64,000 nucleotides of DNA, taken from IMG/VR virus record IMGVR_UViG_3300027756_000004. One strand, given 5' to 3'. The notes beneath the pieces are model-generated. The model was given only the letters and a program-made list of their open reading frames with translations, had not been told where the DNA came from and ran no database searches. Source of the stretch: a virus. Below, piece by piece: positions 8,439 to 17,910 of the stretch. A program made the position numbers and the translations under genes. The first letter of the stretch is position 1; each line of letters opens with the position of its first letter.

Positions 8439-9683
8439 ATGATTATGAACACAAAACAACAAGAAAAATTAAACAAAATACAACAAGAAGTGTTGGATAA
8501 AATTATTGTGGCCAGAGTAGGATTGTTGTTGAGACATCCGTTCTTTGGCAACATGGCCACTAGATTGGGCATTCAAGAGTGTGATGAATGGTGTCCCACA
8601 GCAGCCACTGATGGCAGAAATCTTTATTACAACACAAAATTTTTTAGCAAACTTTCTTCAAGAGAAATTGAATTTGTGATAGCACACGAAATACTGCACT
8701 GTGTGTTTGACCACATTGGCAGAACTGAACAAAGAGATAGACAGATCTACAACGTGGCCTGTGACTACATTGTGAACAACACATTGGTTAGAGACAACAT
8801 TGGTGAAAAGCCCAAAGACATACCCATATTCCAAGACTTCAAATATGAAGGTTGGAGTTCAGAAAAAGTCTACGATGAAATTTTTAAAAAATACGATGAT
8901 AAAAGTTTAAAGAAATTAGGACAATTGTTGGATGAGCATTTGGATTGGGGTGATGACAATGGTCAAGGACCCAGCAAAGATGACAAAGACAAAGACAAAG
9001 GCAAACAAAAAAAGCCCGCATTCAGCAAAGAAGAACTGAGAAAAATCAGAGACGAAATCAAGGATTCCATACTGCAATCTGCACAGGCAGCAGGTGCAGG
9101 AAACCTACCCAAAGAAGTGGAAAGAATTGTGCAAAGCATGACCAACCCCAAAATGAATTGGAGAGAAATACTACAAACACAGATACAAAGCACTATCAAA
9201 AGTGATTACAGTTTTATGAGACCCAGCCGCAAAGGATGGCATTCAGGGGTGGTATTGCCAGGTTCGCAGTTTGAGCAAACCATAGATATTGCTGTGGCCA
9301 TTGATGCCAGTGGATCCATCAGTGAAAAACAATTGACAGTGTTTTTGAGTGAGATTAAATCCATCATGGATCAATACAGAGATTACAAGATAAAAGTTTG
9401 GACATTTGACACACAGGTTTACAATGAACAAGATTATGGTCCCAATGATGGTGACATCAGTCAGTACAGCATTACGGGTGGTGGTGGCACAGATTTCATG
9501 TGCAACTGGGAATACATGAAGGAAAATGACATTGTGCCCAAAAGATTAATCATGTTCACAGATGGTTATACCTTTGACAGTTGGGGAGATCCCAACTATT
9601 GTGACACAGTGTTTGTGATACATGACAATCACAACGACAGAGTGGAAGCGCCATTTGGTATCACTACCAAATACGAAGACTGA
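8439..9683 (+). CDS. Metallopeptidase-like + vWA domain protein (MoxR partner)
   Basis: TAATDG, HEILH (HExxH), MIDAS DASGS, GGGTDF and FTDG. Confidence 0.85.
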   Translation: MIMNTKQQEKLNKIQQEVLDKIIVARVGLLLRHPFFGNMATRLGIQECDEWCPTAATDGRNLYYNTKFFSKLSSREIEFVIAHEILHCVFDHIGRTEQRDRQIYNVACDYIVNNTLVRDNIGEKPKDIPIFQDFKYEGWSSEKVYDEIFKKYDDKSLKKLGQLLDEHLDWGDDNGQGPSKDDKDKDKGKQKKPAFSKEELRKIRDEIKDSILQSAQAAGAGNLPKEVERIVQSMTNPKMNWREILQTQIQSTIKSDYSFMRPSRKGWHSGVVLPGSQFEQTIDIAVAIDASGSISEKQLTVFLSEIKSIMDQYRDYKIKVWTFDTQVYNEQDYGPNDGDISQYSITGGGGTDFMCNWEYMKENDIVPKRLIMFTDGYTFDSWGDPNYCDTVFVIHDNHNDRVEAPFGITTKYED

Positions 9684-9967
9684 TGTTGCAGAAAAATGGT
9701 GAGCCCAATGCTCTAAATTTTTTTGGTATTAGAAAAGTTTCCAAACCCTTGCCACATTTCACCTACATGCAGATCCGATTTGATTATAGTTTGCAGGACA
9801 AACTGGATGACTGGATACGCATACATCTCAAAGGCAGATTCTACACAGGAAAAATGGTACTGAACTCCTATGAGCAAAAGGTGGACTATGCTATCAAAAT
9901 TGGTTTTGAAGACGCCAAAGAACTCACTCTATTCACTTTAGGTTGCCCTTATATCATCAACAGTTAA
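9683..9967 (+). CDS. Hypothetical protein
   Basis: 94-aa ORF with TGATG coupling. Confidence 0.65.
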   Translation: MLQKNGEPNALNFFGIRKVSKPLPHFTYMQIRFDYSLQDKLDDWIRIHLKGRFYTGKMVLNSYEQKVDYAIKIGFEDAKELTLFTLGCPYIINS

Positions 9968-9999
9968 ATAACTGCTGTATATACAAAGGAGAAACCATA

Positions 10000-10293
10000 A
10001 TGAACGAACAAACAAAAACTGCAGTCGCGCCTGAACAGGCCAAAGCTGCAACTCCTGCTGGAGCTCCTGACAATAAATCAGGTGATCTCACTGTGCAGGA
10101 TTTAAACACAATCAAAGCCATCATAGATGTGGCATCACAAAGAGGTGCATTCAAAGCACCAGAAATGCAAGCAGTAGGCACCACATACAACAAATTGGAA
10201 GCATTTTTAAATGCTATTCAAGCTCAACAACAAGCAGCTCAAGCAGCAGCAACTCCACCAGCCGCAAAACCAGTCACTGGAGATAAAAAGTAA
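10000..10293 (+). CDS. Hypothetical protein with Ala/Pro-rich termini
   Basis: AAGGAG RBS before ATG 10000. TTAAATA motif at 9964-9970. Confidence 0.7.
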   Translation: MNEQTKTAVAPEQAKAATPAGAPDNKSGDLTVQDLNTIKAIIDVASQRGAFKAPEMQAVGTTYNKLEAFLNAIQAQQQAAQAAATPPAAKPVTGDKK

Positions 10294-10871
10294 TGAGTGA
10301 ACTAAAACATCTAGGTAGATTTAAAGATACCAAAGAGGTAGTGGGAGTGGCATATAGAGTGTTGCCCAGTGATCCTGAATATGCGTTGGTGATACCCACC
10401 AGCAATTTAGAATCTGATGAACACACAAGATTGATGGATCTAATCAACAGTGCTGCCAGTCAAACTTCATATGAGTTGGCAGAAGCAATGGCCCGCACAC
10501 AATTGGGTGATGGTTCCATCATGCTGGCTAGATTTCATGTGAAAGGATTGATGAAAAAAGTCAAAGCTGATCAAATAGAAATGACTCCAAACGTCAATAC
10601 CACAATCAGTTTGGATGCTTTGAATGCTGCCATAGCACAGCAAAAAGGTTTGAAAATTGCTGAGTTGGCCATCACACCCAGTGTGGAACAAACAGACAAC
10701 ACACAGGCTACACGCATAATAAATCCAGTGATGGAATCTTTGAAAAAAGAAACTGTGATGACTGATGAACAATTGGCTGCCAAGTTGAGAAGTGATGCAG
10801 ACAGATTGTACAAAGAAGCAGCAAGATTACGCAAACAAGCAGACGAGCTCAAACTCAAACCCACTGAATAA
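10293..10871 (+). CDS. Hypothetical protein with a C-terminal coiled coil
   Basis: 192-aa ORF with TAATG coupling. Confidence 0.7.
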   Translation: MSELKHLGRFKDTKEVVGVAYRVLPSDPEYALVIPTSNLESDEHTRLMDLINSAASQTSYELAEAMARTQLGDGSIMLARFHVKGLMKKVKADQIEMTPNVNTTISLDALNAAIAQQKGLKIAELAITPSVEQTDNTQATRIINPVMESLKKETVMTDEQLAAKLRSDADRLYKEAARLRKQADELKLKPTE

Positions 10872-10880
10872 CGGCACAGT

Positions 10881-11195
10881 ATGGTGATATTTGGCAAGAA
10901 AAATTTGCCCAAAAATGTTGTGGATCATTGGCCAGAAGTGTTCAGTGATGTCACTGTGCGGGCCATACCCATACAGTATCTGCTGGCCATCAAGGTCACT
11001 TTCAAAGATGGTAAAAAATGGGACATCAAGGTCAAAAATAACACCAAAAAGCTCACCAACAACAACCTAGAACAAACATTAAATGAGCTGTTTAAGACCT
11101 ACACAGACAGCATCAAAAATGTGGATTTTAGACTGGACACAGAAAAGGTCAAAAAAGACATTGAAAAACACACCAAAAAGTTCTTTAAAAAGTAA
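10881..11195 (+). CDS. Hypothetical basic protein
   Basis: 104-aa ORF in operon order. Confidence 0.65.
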   Translation: MVIFGKKNLPKNVVDHWPEVFSDVTVRAIPIQYLLAIKVTFKDGKKWDIKVKNNTKKLTNNNLEQTLNELFKTYTDSIKNVDFRLDTEKVKKDIEKHTKKFFKK

Positions 11196-11225
11196 AATGT
11201 TCAAGGCCATAAACTCAATTGTAGA

Positions 11226-11233
11226 TATAAATA
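11226..11233 (+). promoter_or_regulatory. T4-type late promoter TATAAATA
   Basis: Exact match to the T4 late consensus, 32 nt before the fibre gene ATG. Confidence 0.65.
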
Positions 11234-11265
11234 CACAGTAATACACACAAGGAGCAACACAGCAT

Positions 11266-12639
11266 ATGGCATTAAGAATTAGACGTGGCACAAACGCACA
11301 AAGACTGTTGATCACTCCATTGCAGGGAGAACTAATCTACACCACAGATACCAAACAATTGTTTGTGGGTGATGGTTCAACAGTGGGCGGCACAGCCGTA
11401 GACACTGGCTCCGTAGCATTTTCAGGTATTACCACCGACGTAACTCCAGATGCAGACAACACACGTGACATAGGCGCAGTGGGCAACCGCTGGGCAGAAG
11501 GTCGTTTTGTAAACATCTTTGGAGCATTAACAGGCAACGTCACAGGAAATTTAACAGGCAACGTCACAGGCAACACAGCAGGAGTTCACACAGGTGCAGT
11601 GGTGGGCAACGTCACAGGTAATTTGGCAGGTGATGTCACAGGAGATCTCAACGGGTCAGTGTTTGCAGATGACTCCACAGCAATGGTGGATGGCATACTA
11701 AAAAGAATCAAAGCAGATGTGTACAGCACAGCAGGCACATTATTATTGAGCACCAACCCTGCCACCAATGTGATGAGCAATGGTGATGTGGTGATCACTG
11801 ACAATGTGATCACACTGTTGAACAGTTTGGACAAAGTACAATTCGGCACCAATACTTCAGCACTGGGAGTAGGACTTGCTATCAAATCACCGGTGATTGC
11901 CAACAAAGCTATCCAGATGAATGCATTGACAGATGGTTTGAATTCCAACAGTTTTGAAATAGAAGTTTCCAGAGGCACTCTCAGTGTGCCCACAATAGTT
12001 CAACCAGGTGATTCAATATTTGGCATAGTGGCCAGAGCACACGATGGCACTGCTTATAGATTTTCCAGTGCATTAACTTTTGATATTGAAACTGACACAA
12101 ACCATCCAGTAGGTCCAGGCACAACACCTGGCATGGTTGGTTTTGCTACTTCTCCAGATGGTGGCGCAACCATTAATAATTTAGTGTTTGATTCTTTTGG
12201 ACAACTGGGTGTGGGCGTGATTGCTCCCACTGCCAAATTATCAGTGGCAGGCAATGCATCTTTCAACACTACAGCTGGTGTAGAAAAAGTTTCTACCGGA
12301 ATGAATTCAGGCACATACACACAAGTGACCAGCAGCACTCTGGAAACCTACACAGCATTGACTTATGCTCACGCAATTTACAGAGCAGCCAAAGTGACCA
12401 TTCACGTGCATTGGAGTACCAATGACAGCTATATTGGAGAATTTTTGATTGCGAACGGTACTGGAGCAGCCAGCATACAATCTATTGCATCCACATTCAC
12501 CGGCACTAACCCAGTGAATGCAGTCACAGCTGATATCAGTGGAGCAAACGTGAGATTAAGAGTGCAAACGCCTAACACATTTGTATCTGGCACGGTTTTC
12601 AAATACGAAGTACACTTCTCTAACTTCGTAGCATACTAA
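11266..12639 (+). CDS. Virion fibre/appendage protein (Mtd/hyaluronidase-like N-terminus)
   Basis: MALRIRRGT...GELIYTTDTKQLFVGDG N-terminus, GNVTGNLT repeats, and a Gly/Thr/Val-rich beta composition. Confidence 0.7.
   Translation: MALRIRRGTNAQRLLITPLQGELIYTTDTKQLFVGDGSTVGGTAVDTGSVAFSGITTDVTPDADNTRDIGAVGNRWAEGRFVNIFGALTGNVTGNLTGNVTGNTAGVHTGAVVGNVTGNLAGDVTGDLNGSVFADDSTAMVDGILKRIKADVYSTAGTLLLSTNPATNVMSNGDVVITDNVITLLNSLDKVQFGTNTSALGVGLAIKSPVIANKAIQMNALTDGLNSNSFEIEVSRGTLSVPTIVQPGDSIFGIVARAHDGTAYRFSSALTFDIETDTNHPVGPGTTPGMVGFATSPDGGATINNLVFDSFGQLGVGVIAPTAKLSVAGNASFNTTAGVEKVSTGMNSGTYTQVTSSTLETYTALTYAHAIYRAAKVTIHVHWSTNDSYIGEFLIANGTGAASIQSIASTFTGTNPVNAVTADISGANVRLRVQTPNTFVSGTVFKYEVHFSNFVAY
11527..11618 (+). 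repeat. In-frame tandem repeat encoding (L/V)TGNVTG units
   Basis: TTAACAGGCAACGTCACAGG at 11527-11546 and 11551-11570, with a partial copy at 11605-11618. Confidence 0.85.
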
Positions 12640-12645
12640 TCAATT

Positions 12646-13794
12646 TTATTTTTTTAACAATTTAGATTGTTTACTCTTGTGGTCAGCCCAACTGCGATTG
12701 GTCCATGGAGATTCTTTGTATTCCACGTTTTTGGCTTTGATCACATAACGATCAGGCACAGTGTCATGCAATATCATTTTTTTATTCACCACAGCATCTC
12801 GCAACATGATCTGATGTAAAAAATTTGTCACAGGTTTACCAGGCACAAAGTCGCACCAAGGTCCACACTGCAGTTGTTCCAAATCAATGGTCTTAGGATC
12901 ACTCCATTGTATAATTCTATGAGTTATGCCATTGATATTCACCATGTAATGATAAAGATTATCATCTGCTGAAGTTTTCTCCCAAGTCCAACCTTTGCGA
13001 TCACAGATAGATTTTATCAATGCCACGTGATCACTGAGAAAGAATCTAGGTTCATTGGGAGATCTGCCTATGTCGGAACCTGCTCTAATCCTATACTGCC
13101 AACTTTTTTGACCCAAAGATTGAATTTCTTCCAACACCTCTTCCATATGATCCAAACTTTCCAATGTATATCCCACATAGTACACAAATATACCTTCGGC
13201 AATACAGTTGTCTATGCCTTGCAGTTGTTTCTGATGCACTGTGTGACCTTGATATGTGTGATGATTAACACCGATCATCACCATGTTGGCACCAGCAGCA
13301 GCGATCTCTTTGACCCATGATTTATCAGATAATTTTACTCCATTGGTGAGTATGCACACATCTGTGGGTCTCCCTAATCTTTGCAATAATTTTTTTATTT
13401 CTGCTATAAGTTCAGGAAGATCCTTACGCACTGTGGGCTCAGCGCCTGCCAATATCACAGCACCAGATTCTGCATGAAATTTTTCTTCAATTTGTTCACA
13501 GATACTTTCTATGGATCGATCCGTTAGTTTGTTATCAGGTTTATGGTAACAATGAGGACAATTTAAATTGCATCGATCAGTGACCTCCACCATGATGCCA
13601 TGTGGTATGGTGTATCCTTCCACATCATAATGCAGTTGCTGATAAAATTCAATATCTCGTTCCACCATGTGCTGCATCACTCCATGTTCTTCGCAGGTTT
13701 TTACAAGATATACTCCGTCCGCACGTGTGACACGTTCTGCTGCACAATGTCTATAACAAGTTTCACACAAACTGATTGTTTTGATATCTTCCAT
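12646..13794 (-). CDS. Radical SAM protein with an N-terminal CxxC..CxxH metal-binding domain (Tes/MJ0619-like architecture)
   Basis: SLCETC...VYLVKTCEEHG, then EVTDRCNLNCPHCY, GAEPT and TNG. Confidence 0.8.
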   Translation of the reverse strand: MEDIKTISLCETCYRHCAAERVTRADGVYLVKTCEEHGVMQHMVERDIEFYQQLHYDVEGYTIPHGIMVEVTDRCNLNCPHCYHKPDNKLTDRSIESICEQIEEKFHAESGAVILAGAEPTVRKDLPELIAEIKKLLQRLGRPTDVCILTNGVKLSDKSWVKEIAAAGANMVMIGVNHHTYQGHTVHQKQLQGIDNCIAEGIFVYYVGYTLESLDHMEEVLEEIQSLGQKSWQYRIRAGSDIGRSPNEPRFFLSDHVALIKSICDRKGWTWEKTSADDNLYHYMVNINGITHRIIQWSDPKTIDLEQLQCGPWCDFVPGKPVTNFLHQIMLRDAVVNKKMILHDTVPDRYVIKAKNVEYKESPWTNRSWADHKSKQSKLLKK

Positions 13795-13796
13795 GA

Positions 13797-14486
13797 TTAT
13801 TTGTACAGTGCTATGGCAGCATCTATAAAATCCTTAGGATAATTGTTTCTAAAACTTTCTAAACATAAAATTTGTAATTGATTAAAGTCTGTGGGTGTGT
13901 GCATGTCAATGTGTAGTTCTTTCATCTTAGGCAGCAAAAACGTTCTCCTGTCCAGAGATATGTGACTGAAGTGATCCTGCACTGTGATGAATGGTTCACT
14001 CTTGTGATAACAGAAGAAATAATTAACACTTTTTAATTTGCCTTTCACCACAAAGTAACTGCTAGGGTGTAGACTATATTTGTATAATCCTAATGTTTTG
14101 TGTGCTTGCAGTATCTCCAGCATTTGTTCACGCCAGTTGGGCAGCACTGCATCCATGCCCTGTGTGTGACTCTGTTCCCAAAAATCCACGCCATCAACAC
14201 CAAAGATAATTTTTTTATTGTCATAGTCCAGTTCCAAAATGTCAGGAATGTGTTCTGGAAAATTGTGATGCATCATCAGCAGCATGTCCACTTCTCTCTG
14301 CCATTTTTGTTCCATCAGAATGGGATCCATCACTTCGTTTTGATCTCTGTGATACTCTGTGTCGTTGTGAAACCATTGCACAAATTCTGTTTTATTTTGA
14401 TTGATGAGACTGGTGTACACAAGATTGTTCCTGCACAATCCTTTGCCTGGCACGTCGTTGTAATAGTAATGATAATTTGGTTTCAT
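13797..14486 (-). CDS. Protein-kinase-like fold protein with degenerate catalytic motifs
   Basis: WQREVDML, IPDILELD and LGLYKYSLHPSSYFV. Similar to 24095-24733. Confidence 0.45.
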   Translation of the reverse strand: MKPNYHYYYNDVPGKGLCRNNLVYTSLINQNKTEFVQWFHNDTEYHRDQNEVMDPILMEQKWQREVDMLLMMHHNFPEHIPDILELDYDNKKIIFGVDGVDFWEQSHTQGMDAVLPNWREQMLEILQAHKTLGLYKYSLHPSSYFVVKGKLKSVNYFFCYHKSEPFITVQDHFSHISLDRRTFLLPKMKELHIDMHTPTDFNQLQILCLESFRNNYPKDFIDAAIALYK

Positions 14487-14507
14487 ATTAGAGCGTGTTT
14501 GTGTAAG

Positions 14508-14558
14508 TATTTATGGTCATTCAAAAGGTTCAAAAATAAATGTTTTCACGCATAAGTA
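14508..14558. promoter_or_regulatory. Divergent putative late promoters
   Basis: CATAAATA on the - strand (14508-14515) and CATAAGTA on the + strand (14551-14558). Confidence 0.45.
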
Positions 14559-14565
14559 ATGCATC

Positions 14566-15273
14566 ATGTCGGACAATAAAAAATTATTGGTATTTCATTC
14601 CATTGGCTGGTTTTTATTTTTTATCAGTCTTGTTTTTTTACCACTTGTCACACTGATATGCTCTTTGATTATTGGCTATTTGCTGGCAGTGTTTGGACAC
14701 ATCATAGGATTACACAGGTACTTTACTCATAAAAGTTTTGACACAAATAAATTTTGGCATTATTTTTTACTTTTCTGCAGCAGCATAGTCACTCTGGGTT
14801 CCACTGTGGCATGGACTGCTGTGCATCTCAAACATCACAGATTTTCTGACACAGAACAAGATTCACATTCTCCCAAATACAAAGGACATTTTAAAGTATT
14901 CTTTGGATACTTCTTTGATGCTTATGATGTAGAGCCTAGATATGCTGCACGACTTTTAAAATATCCTGAACACAAATTTGTTCATAAACATTATTTTAAA
15001 TTGTTATCTTTTTATATTGTATTGTTGGCTGTGATTAATCCCATACTAATATTTCCTTTATGGGTATTTCCCACAGTATTGAGTGTTGTCATGGGTGGCA
15101 TAGTGAATGTGTTTAATCATTGGAATGGCGAAGTGTCTGACAGCAAATTAATTGCATGGACTGTGGCTGGTGAGGGATGGCACAAATATCATCACATCAA
15201 TTCCACTGCGTGGCGTAACCCTTCACCGGATTTGTCTGGATTTTTTATAAGACTTATAAAGTCCAATCAATAG
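14566..15273 (+). CDS. Membrane fatty-acid desaturase (delta-9-like)
   Basis: Three His boxes (HRYFTH, HLKHH, GEGWHKYHH), DSHSP, and transmembrane segments. Confidence 0.88.
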   Translation: MSDNKKLLVFHSIGWFLFFISLVFLPLVTLICSLIIGYLLAVFGHIIGLHRYFTHKSFDTNKFWHYFLLFCSSIVTLGSTVAWTAVHLKHHRFSDTEQDSHSPKYKGHFKVFFGYFFDAYDVEPRYAARLLKYPEHKFVHKHYFKLLSFYIVLLAVINPILIFPLWVFPTVLSVVMGGIVNVFNHWNGEVSDSKLIAWTVAGEGWHKYHHINSTAWRNPSPDLSGFFIRLIKSNQ

Positions 15274-15826
15274 GCCATCTGCCGTATTGATCCAATTGTT
15301 GATAGAACACTTCTACATTCACTTTCCAAATGGTCTGTTCAGTTCCTCTGTAAAACATTTCACCACAGTTTTCCAAACAACCTGTTTTGGCTAATATGGG
15401 AGCCCAAGTTCTGTGGACTCTTTGTTGAGTACCCCAACTATTTTTGTTTGAAGTGATATAAAAATTTTTATCTTTGCCAGCCCATTCTATACCAGCAGTC
15501 ATAAAAAATTGAGGACTCACATGCTGATGTTCTACAATGCCTGTTCTGGTTCTTACTCTTTTTATGGGCATGCGATCTGTGAACGCACAAGATCTCACAG
15601 CAATACGAAAACAATTTGGTCCCATTTCATCAAAACTGTGAGCAGCAGTGGTACCAACTATTTCATTGTTGTAATAGAGAATCCAAACACGTGAAAGTCT
15701 TTCTGTGGAGACACTATCCACCAACATTTTTTTGCTGCTGTTGTTTTTAAATCCTCTGGATTCTGCTTGAAGATAAAATTCTGTCAAATCAATTGATTCA
15801 GAATATGGTACCAATTTGTAATTCAT
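15254..15826 (-). CDS. Hypothetical protein, possibly GNAT-like acyltransferase
   Basis: 190-aa ORF. VWILYYNNEIVG..FRIAVRS pattern resembles GNAT beta strands. Confidence 0.45.
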   Translation of the reverse strand: MNYKLVPYSESIDLTEFYLQAESRGFKNNSSKKMLVDSVSTERLSRVWILYYNNEIVGTTAAHSFDEMGPNCFRIAVRSCAFTDRMPIKRVRTRTGIVEHQHVSPQFFMTAGIEWAGKDKNFYITSNKNSWGTQQRVHRTWAPILAKTGCLENCGEMFYRGTEQTIWKVNVEVFYQQLDQYGRWPIDWTL

Positions 15827-15842
15827 AAATTATTTTGTCCAC

Positions 15843-15862
15843 AATATTTAACACTAAATATT
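15843..15862. promoter_or_regulatory. Back-to-back divergent late-type promoters (inverted repeat)
   Basis: AATATTTA-acac-TAAATATT between divergent starts at 15826 and 15866. Confidence 0.55.
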
Positions 15863-15865
15863 TGG

Positions 15866-16672
15866 ATGATTAGAGGAATTGGTGGCCGACCATATATTGA
15901 CTTAACTCCACATTTGGACATAGAAGGTTTCAAAAATTTGCATCCTGAAATCTGCAGAGGTTTTGCCTTGGCTAGAGATTATGCCAAAGAAGGCACATGG
16001 ATGTCACCAGGATTCAACATCAAAGACATGAGTTATACTCTCAATTGGAAACCAATTTATCAAGCACTCACAGAATACAAGGCGTTGCCAGAAAACCATC
16101 CCATAAGACAGCACGGCGATGATTTGATGAACAATATCAAAGACTACCGCACACGCAATCAATTCACACGCTATCTCAAAGCAGTACTGGGTGCAAAAGA
16201 TCCTTATATCTATTATTTCCTATGGAATGAAGGTGACTGGGATCATAGGAACACAGAAAGACATTTAACAGAAGAAAGCAAACATTTTCCTGGATTAGTC
16301 ACATGGGTAAAAAATTTAGTCACACAGAACATAATCAGTCAGATAGGCAGAGTGATATTCTTTCACTGTGAACATGATGGACAACCTTTTGAACACAGAG
16401 ATCTGGATGGCAAACTGGGTGATCAACAGGGCTACAGTGCTCATCGCAATGAATTCATACACATACGTCACAATACCAAGAGAGGATTTTACATTTGGGA
16501 TCCTGAAACAAAAAACAAAACCTACATCAATGCCAATGCAGCTTTCTGGAACGATCAAGACTGGCATGGTGGAGAAATCAATCGTGAACAAGAGTATGGA
16601 TTGAGAATTGACTGTGTATTCACCGATGCATTTAGAAAAAAATTAGGCATAGAACATCTACACAATTACTAA
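15866..16672 (+). CDS. Putative 2OG-Fe(II)/DSBH oxygenase
   Basis: GRVIFF..FEHRD (HxD), distal WHG and LRID. Confidence 0.55.
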   Translation: MIRGIGGRPYIDLTPHLDIEGFKNLHPEICRGFALARDYAKEGTWMSPGFNIKDMSYTLNWKPIYQALTEYKALPENHPIRQHGDDLMNNIKDYRTRNQFTRYLKAVLGAKDPYIYYFLWNEGDWDHRNTERHLTEESKHFPGLVTWVKNLVTQNIISQIGRVIFFHCEHDGQPFEHRDLDGKLGDQQGYSAHRNEFIHIRHNTKRGFYIWDPETKNKTYINANAAFWNDQDWHGGEINREQEYGLRIDCVFTDAFRKKLGIEHLHNY

Positions 16673-16679
16673 AATCTTC

Positions 16680-17291
16680 ATGTATCATCGCTATATTAAA
16701 TTACCAGTCAGCCATAAAAAGCCCATGTGTTTCGATACACAGCCCACTGAGCCCACAGTGATATTTGTGAATAAAGAATATATCGATTATAGCGTGGTAA
16801 AATGCATAGAATCTTTTGGAGCGATTGTATCCAACGTGACTGAGGGTATCTACACACCACCTAATCATAAAAAATTACATATTCATAATGATACAAATAC
16901 AATAACAAATGCCACTAAAATAAATTTTACTTGGGGACCTAACAACAGTGTTACTAGGTGGTGGAAGGTTAAAGATAAGATGTCACTCAAAATAGATGTG
17001 ACAGATAGTACCCATATTTTACAATCAGTTGATCCTGATATTGTTGGCAGTTTCGATGCACAAAAAAACCACAGTGAACTTTATTGTGAAGATGAGAACC
17101 TTTGCGATCTTGTGTGTGAAAGAGTTATTGATCGCCCCAGTTTAATTAATGTGGGACAACTACACTCCACTTACAATCCACACGCTACAGAGGGGCGTTG
17201 GACACTGTGTTTTTTCTTGTTAAAATCAGACTACACACACCTACAGTTTGATGAAGCAGTAGAAATATTTAAGGACATAGCACATGAATAA
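16680..17291 (+). CDS. Putative 2OG-Fe(II)/DSBH oxygenase, tandem paralogue 1
   Basis: IHND, INFTWGP, NVGQLHS and RWTL. Confidence 0.6.
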   Translation: MYHRYIKLPVSHKKPMCFDTQPTEPTVIFVNKEYIDYSVVKCIESFGAIVSNVTEGIYTPPNHKKLHIHNDTNTITNATKINFTWGPNNSVTRWWKVKDKMSLKIDVTDSTHILQSVDPDIVGSFDAQKNHSELYCEDENLCDLVCERVIDRPSLINVGQLHSTYNPHATEGRWTLCFFLLKSDYTHLQFDEAVEIFKDIAHE

Positions 17292-17910
17292 AAACATGTA
17301 TCACAGATATCTAAAGATTCCATTTGAACACATTAAACCTGTTTGTTTTAGTGAACAACCTTCAAAAATGCGTGGGACTAATTGGCATGAAGAAGTTATT
17401 ACACAGGAGCATTGGGATATTCGCTTTGTTGAATGGTTAAACAATTACAATTTAAAACCATCTAATATTTGTGAAGCATTTTATAATAGTCCTTCTGGAG
17501 GAGGATTACCAATTCACAATGATACACCAGATATAAGCAATTCCGTAAATATTAATTTTACTTGGGGTCCACTCACCAGCACCACTAGATGGTGGAAGAT
17601 TAAAGATGAATCTTTAATACAACTAGAAAAAGATAATACGGAATATCATAAAGAATATCTCAAAGGTATACCAGCAGATATACCTCAATACAAATTTTTA
17701 CACGCTGATGAAAAAGAGTGTGATCTAGTGTACGAACAGGTCATTAATAAACCCAGTCTAATGAATGTAGGACAACTACACTCAACCTATAATCCACATT
17801 TTAGCGAATGTCGTTGGACTTTGAGCTATCACATACTGAGCCAAAAAGATGGTCGGCACATTCAGTTTGATGAAGCACTAGAAATATTTAAGGACGTTGC
17901 ATATGAATAA
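17284..17910 (+). CDS. Putative 2OG-Fe(II)/DSBH oxygenase, tandem paralogue 2
   Basis: Same motifs, with an ATGAATAA overlap. Confidence 0.6.
   Translation: MNKNMYHRYLKIPFEHIKPVCFSEQPSKMRGTNWHEEVITQEHWDIRFVEWLNNYNLKPSNICEAFYNSPSGGGLPIHNDTPDISNSVNINFTWGPLTSTTRWWKIKDESLIQLEKDNTEYHKEYLKGIPADIPQYKFLHADEKECDLVYEQVINKPSLMNVGQLHSTYNPHFSECRWTLSYHILSQKDGRHIQFDEALEIFKDVAYE

Noticed and set aside
11266-12639. Diversity-generating retroelement suggested by the Mtd-like N-terminus
   Set aside because: No reverse transcriptase and no template/variable repeat pair seen in the window.
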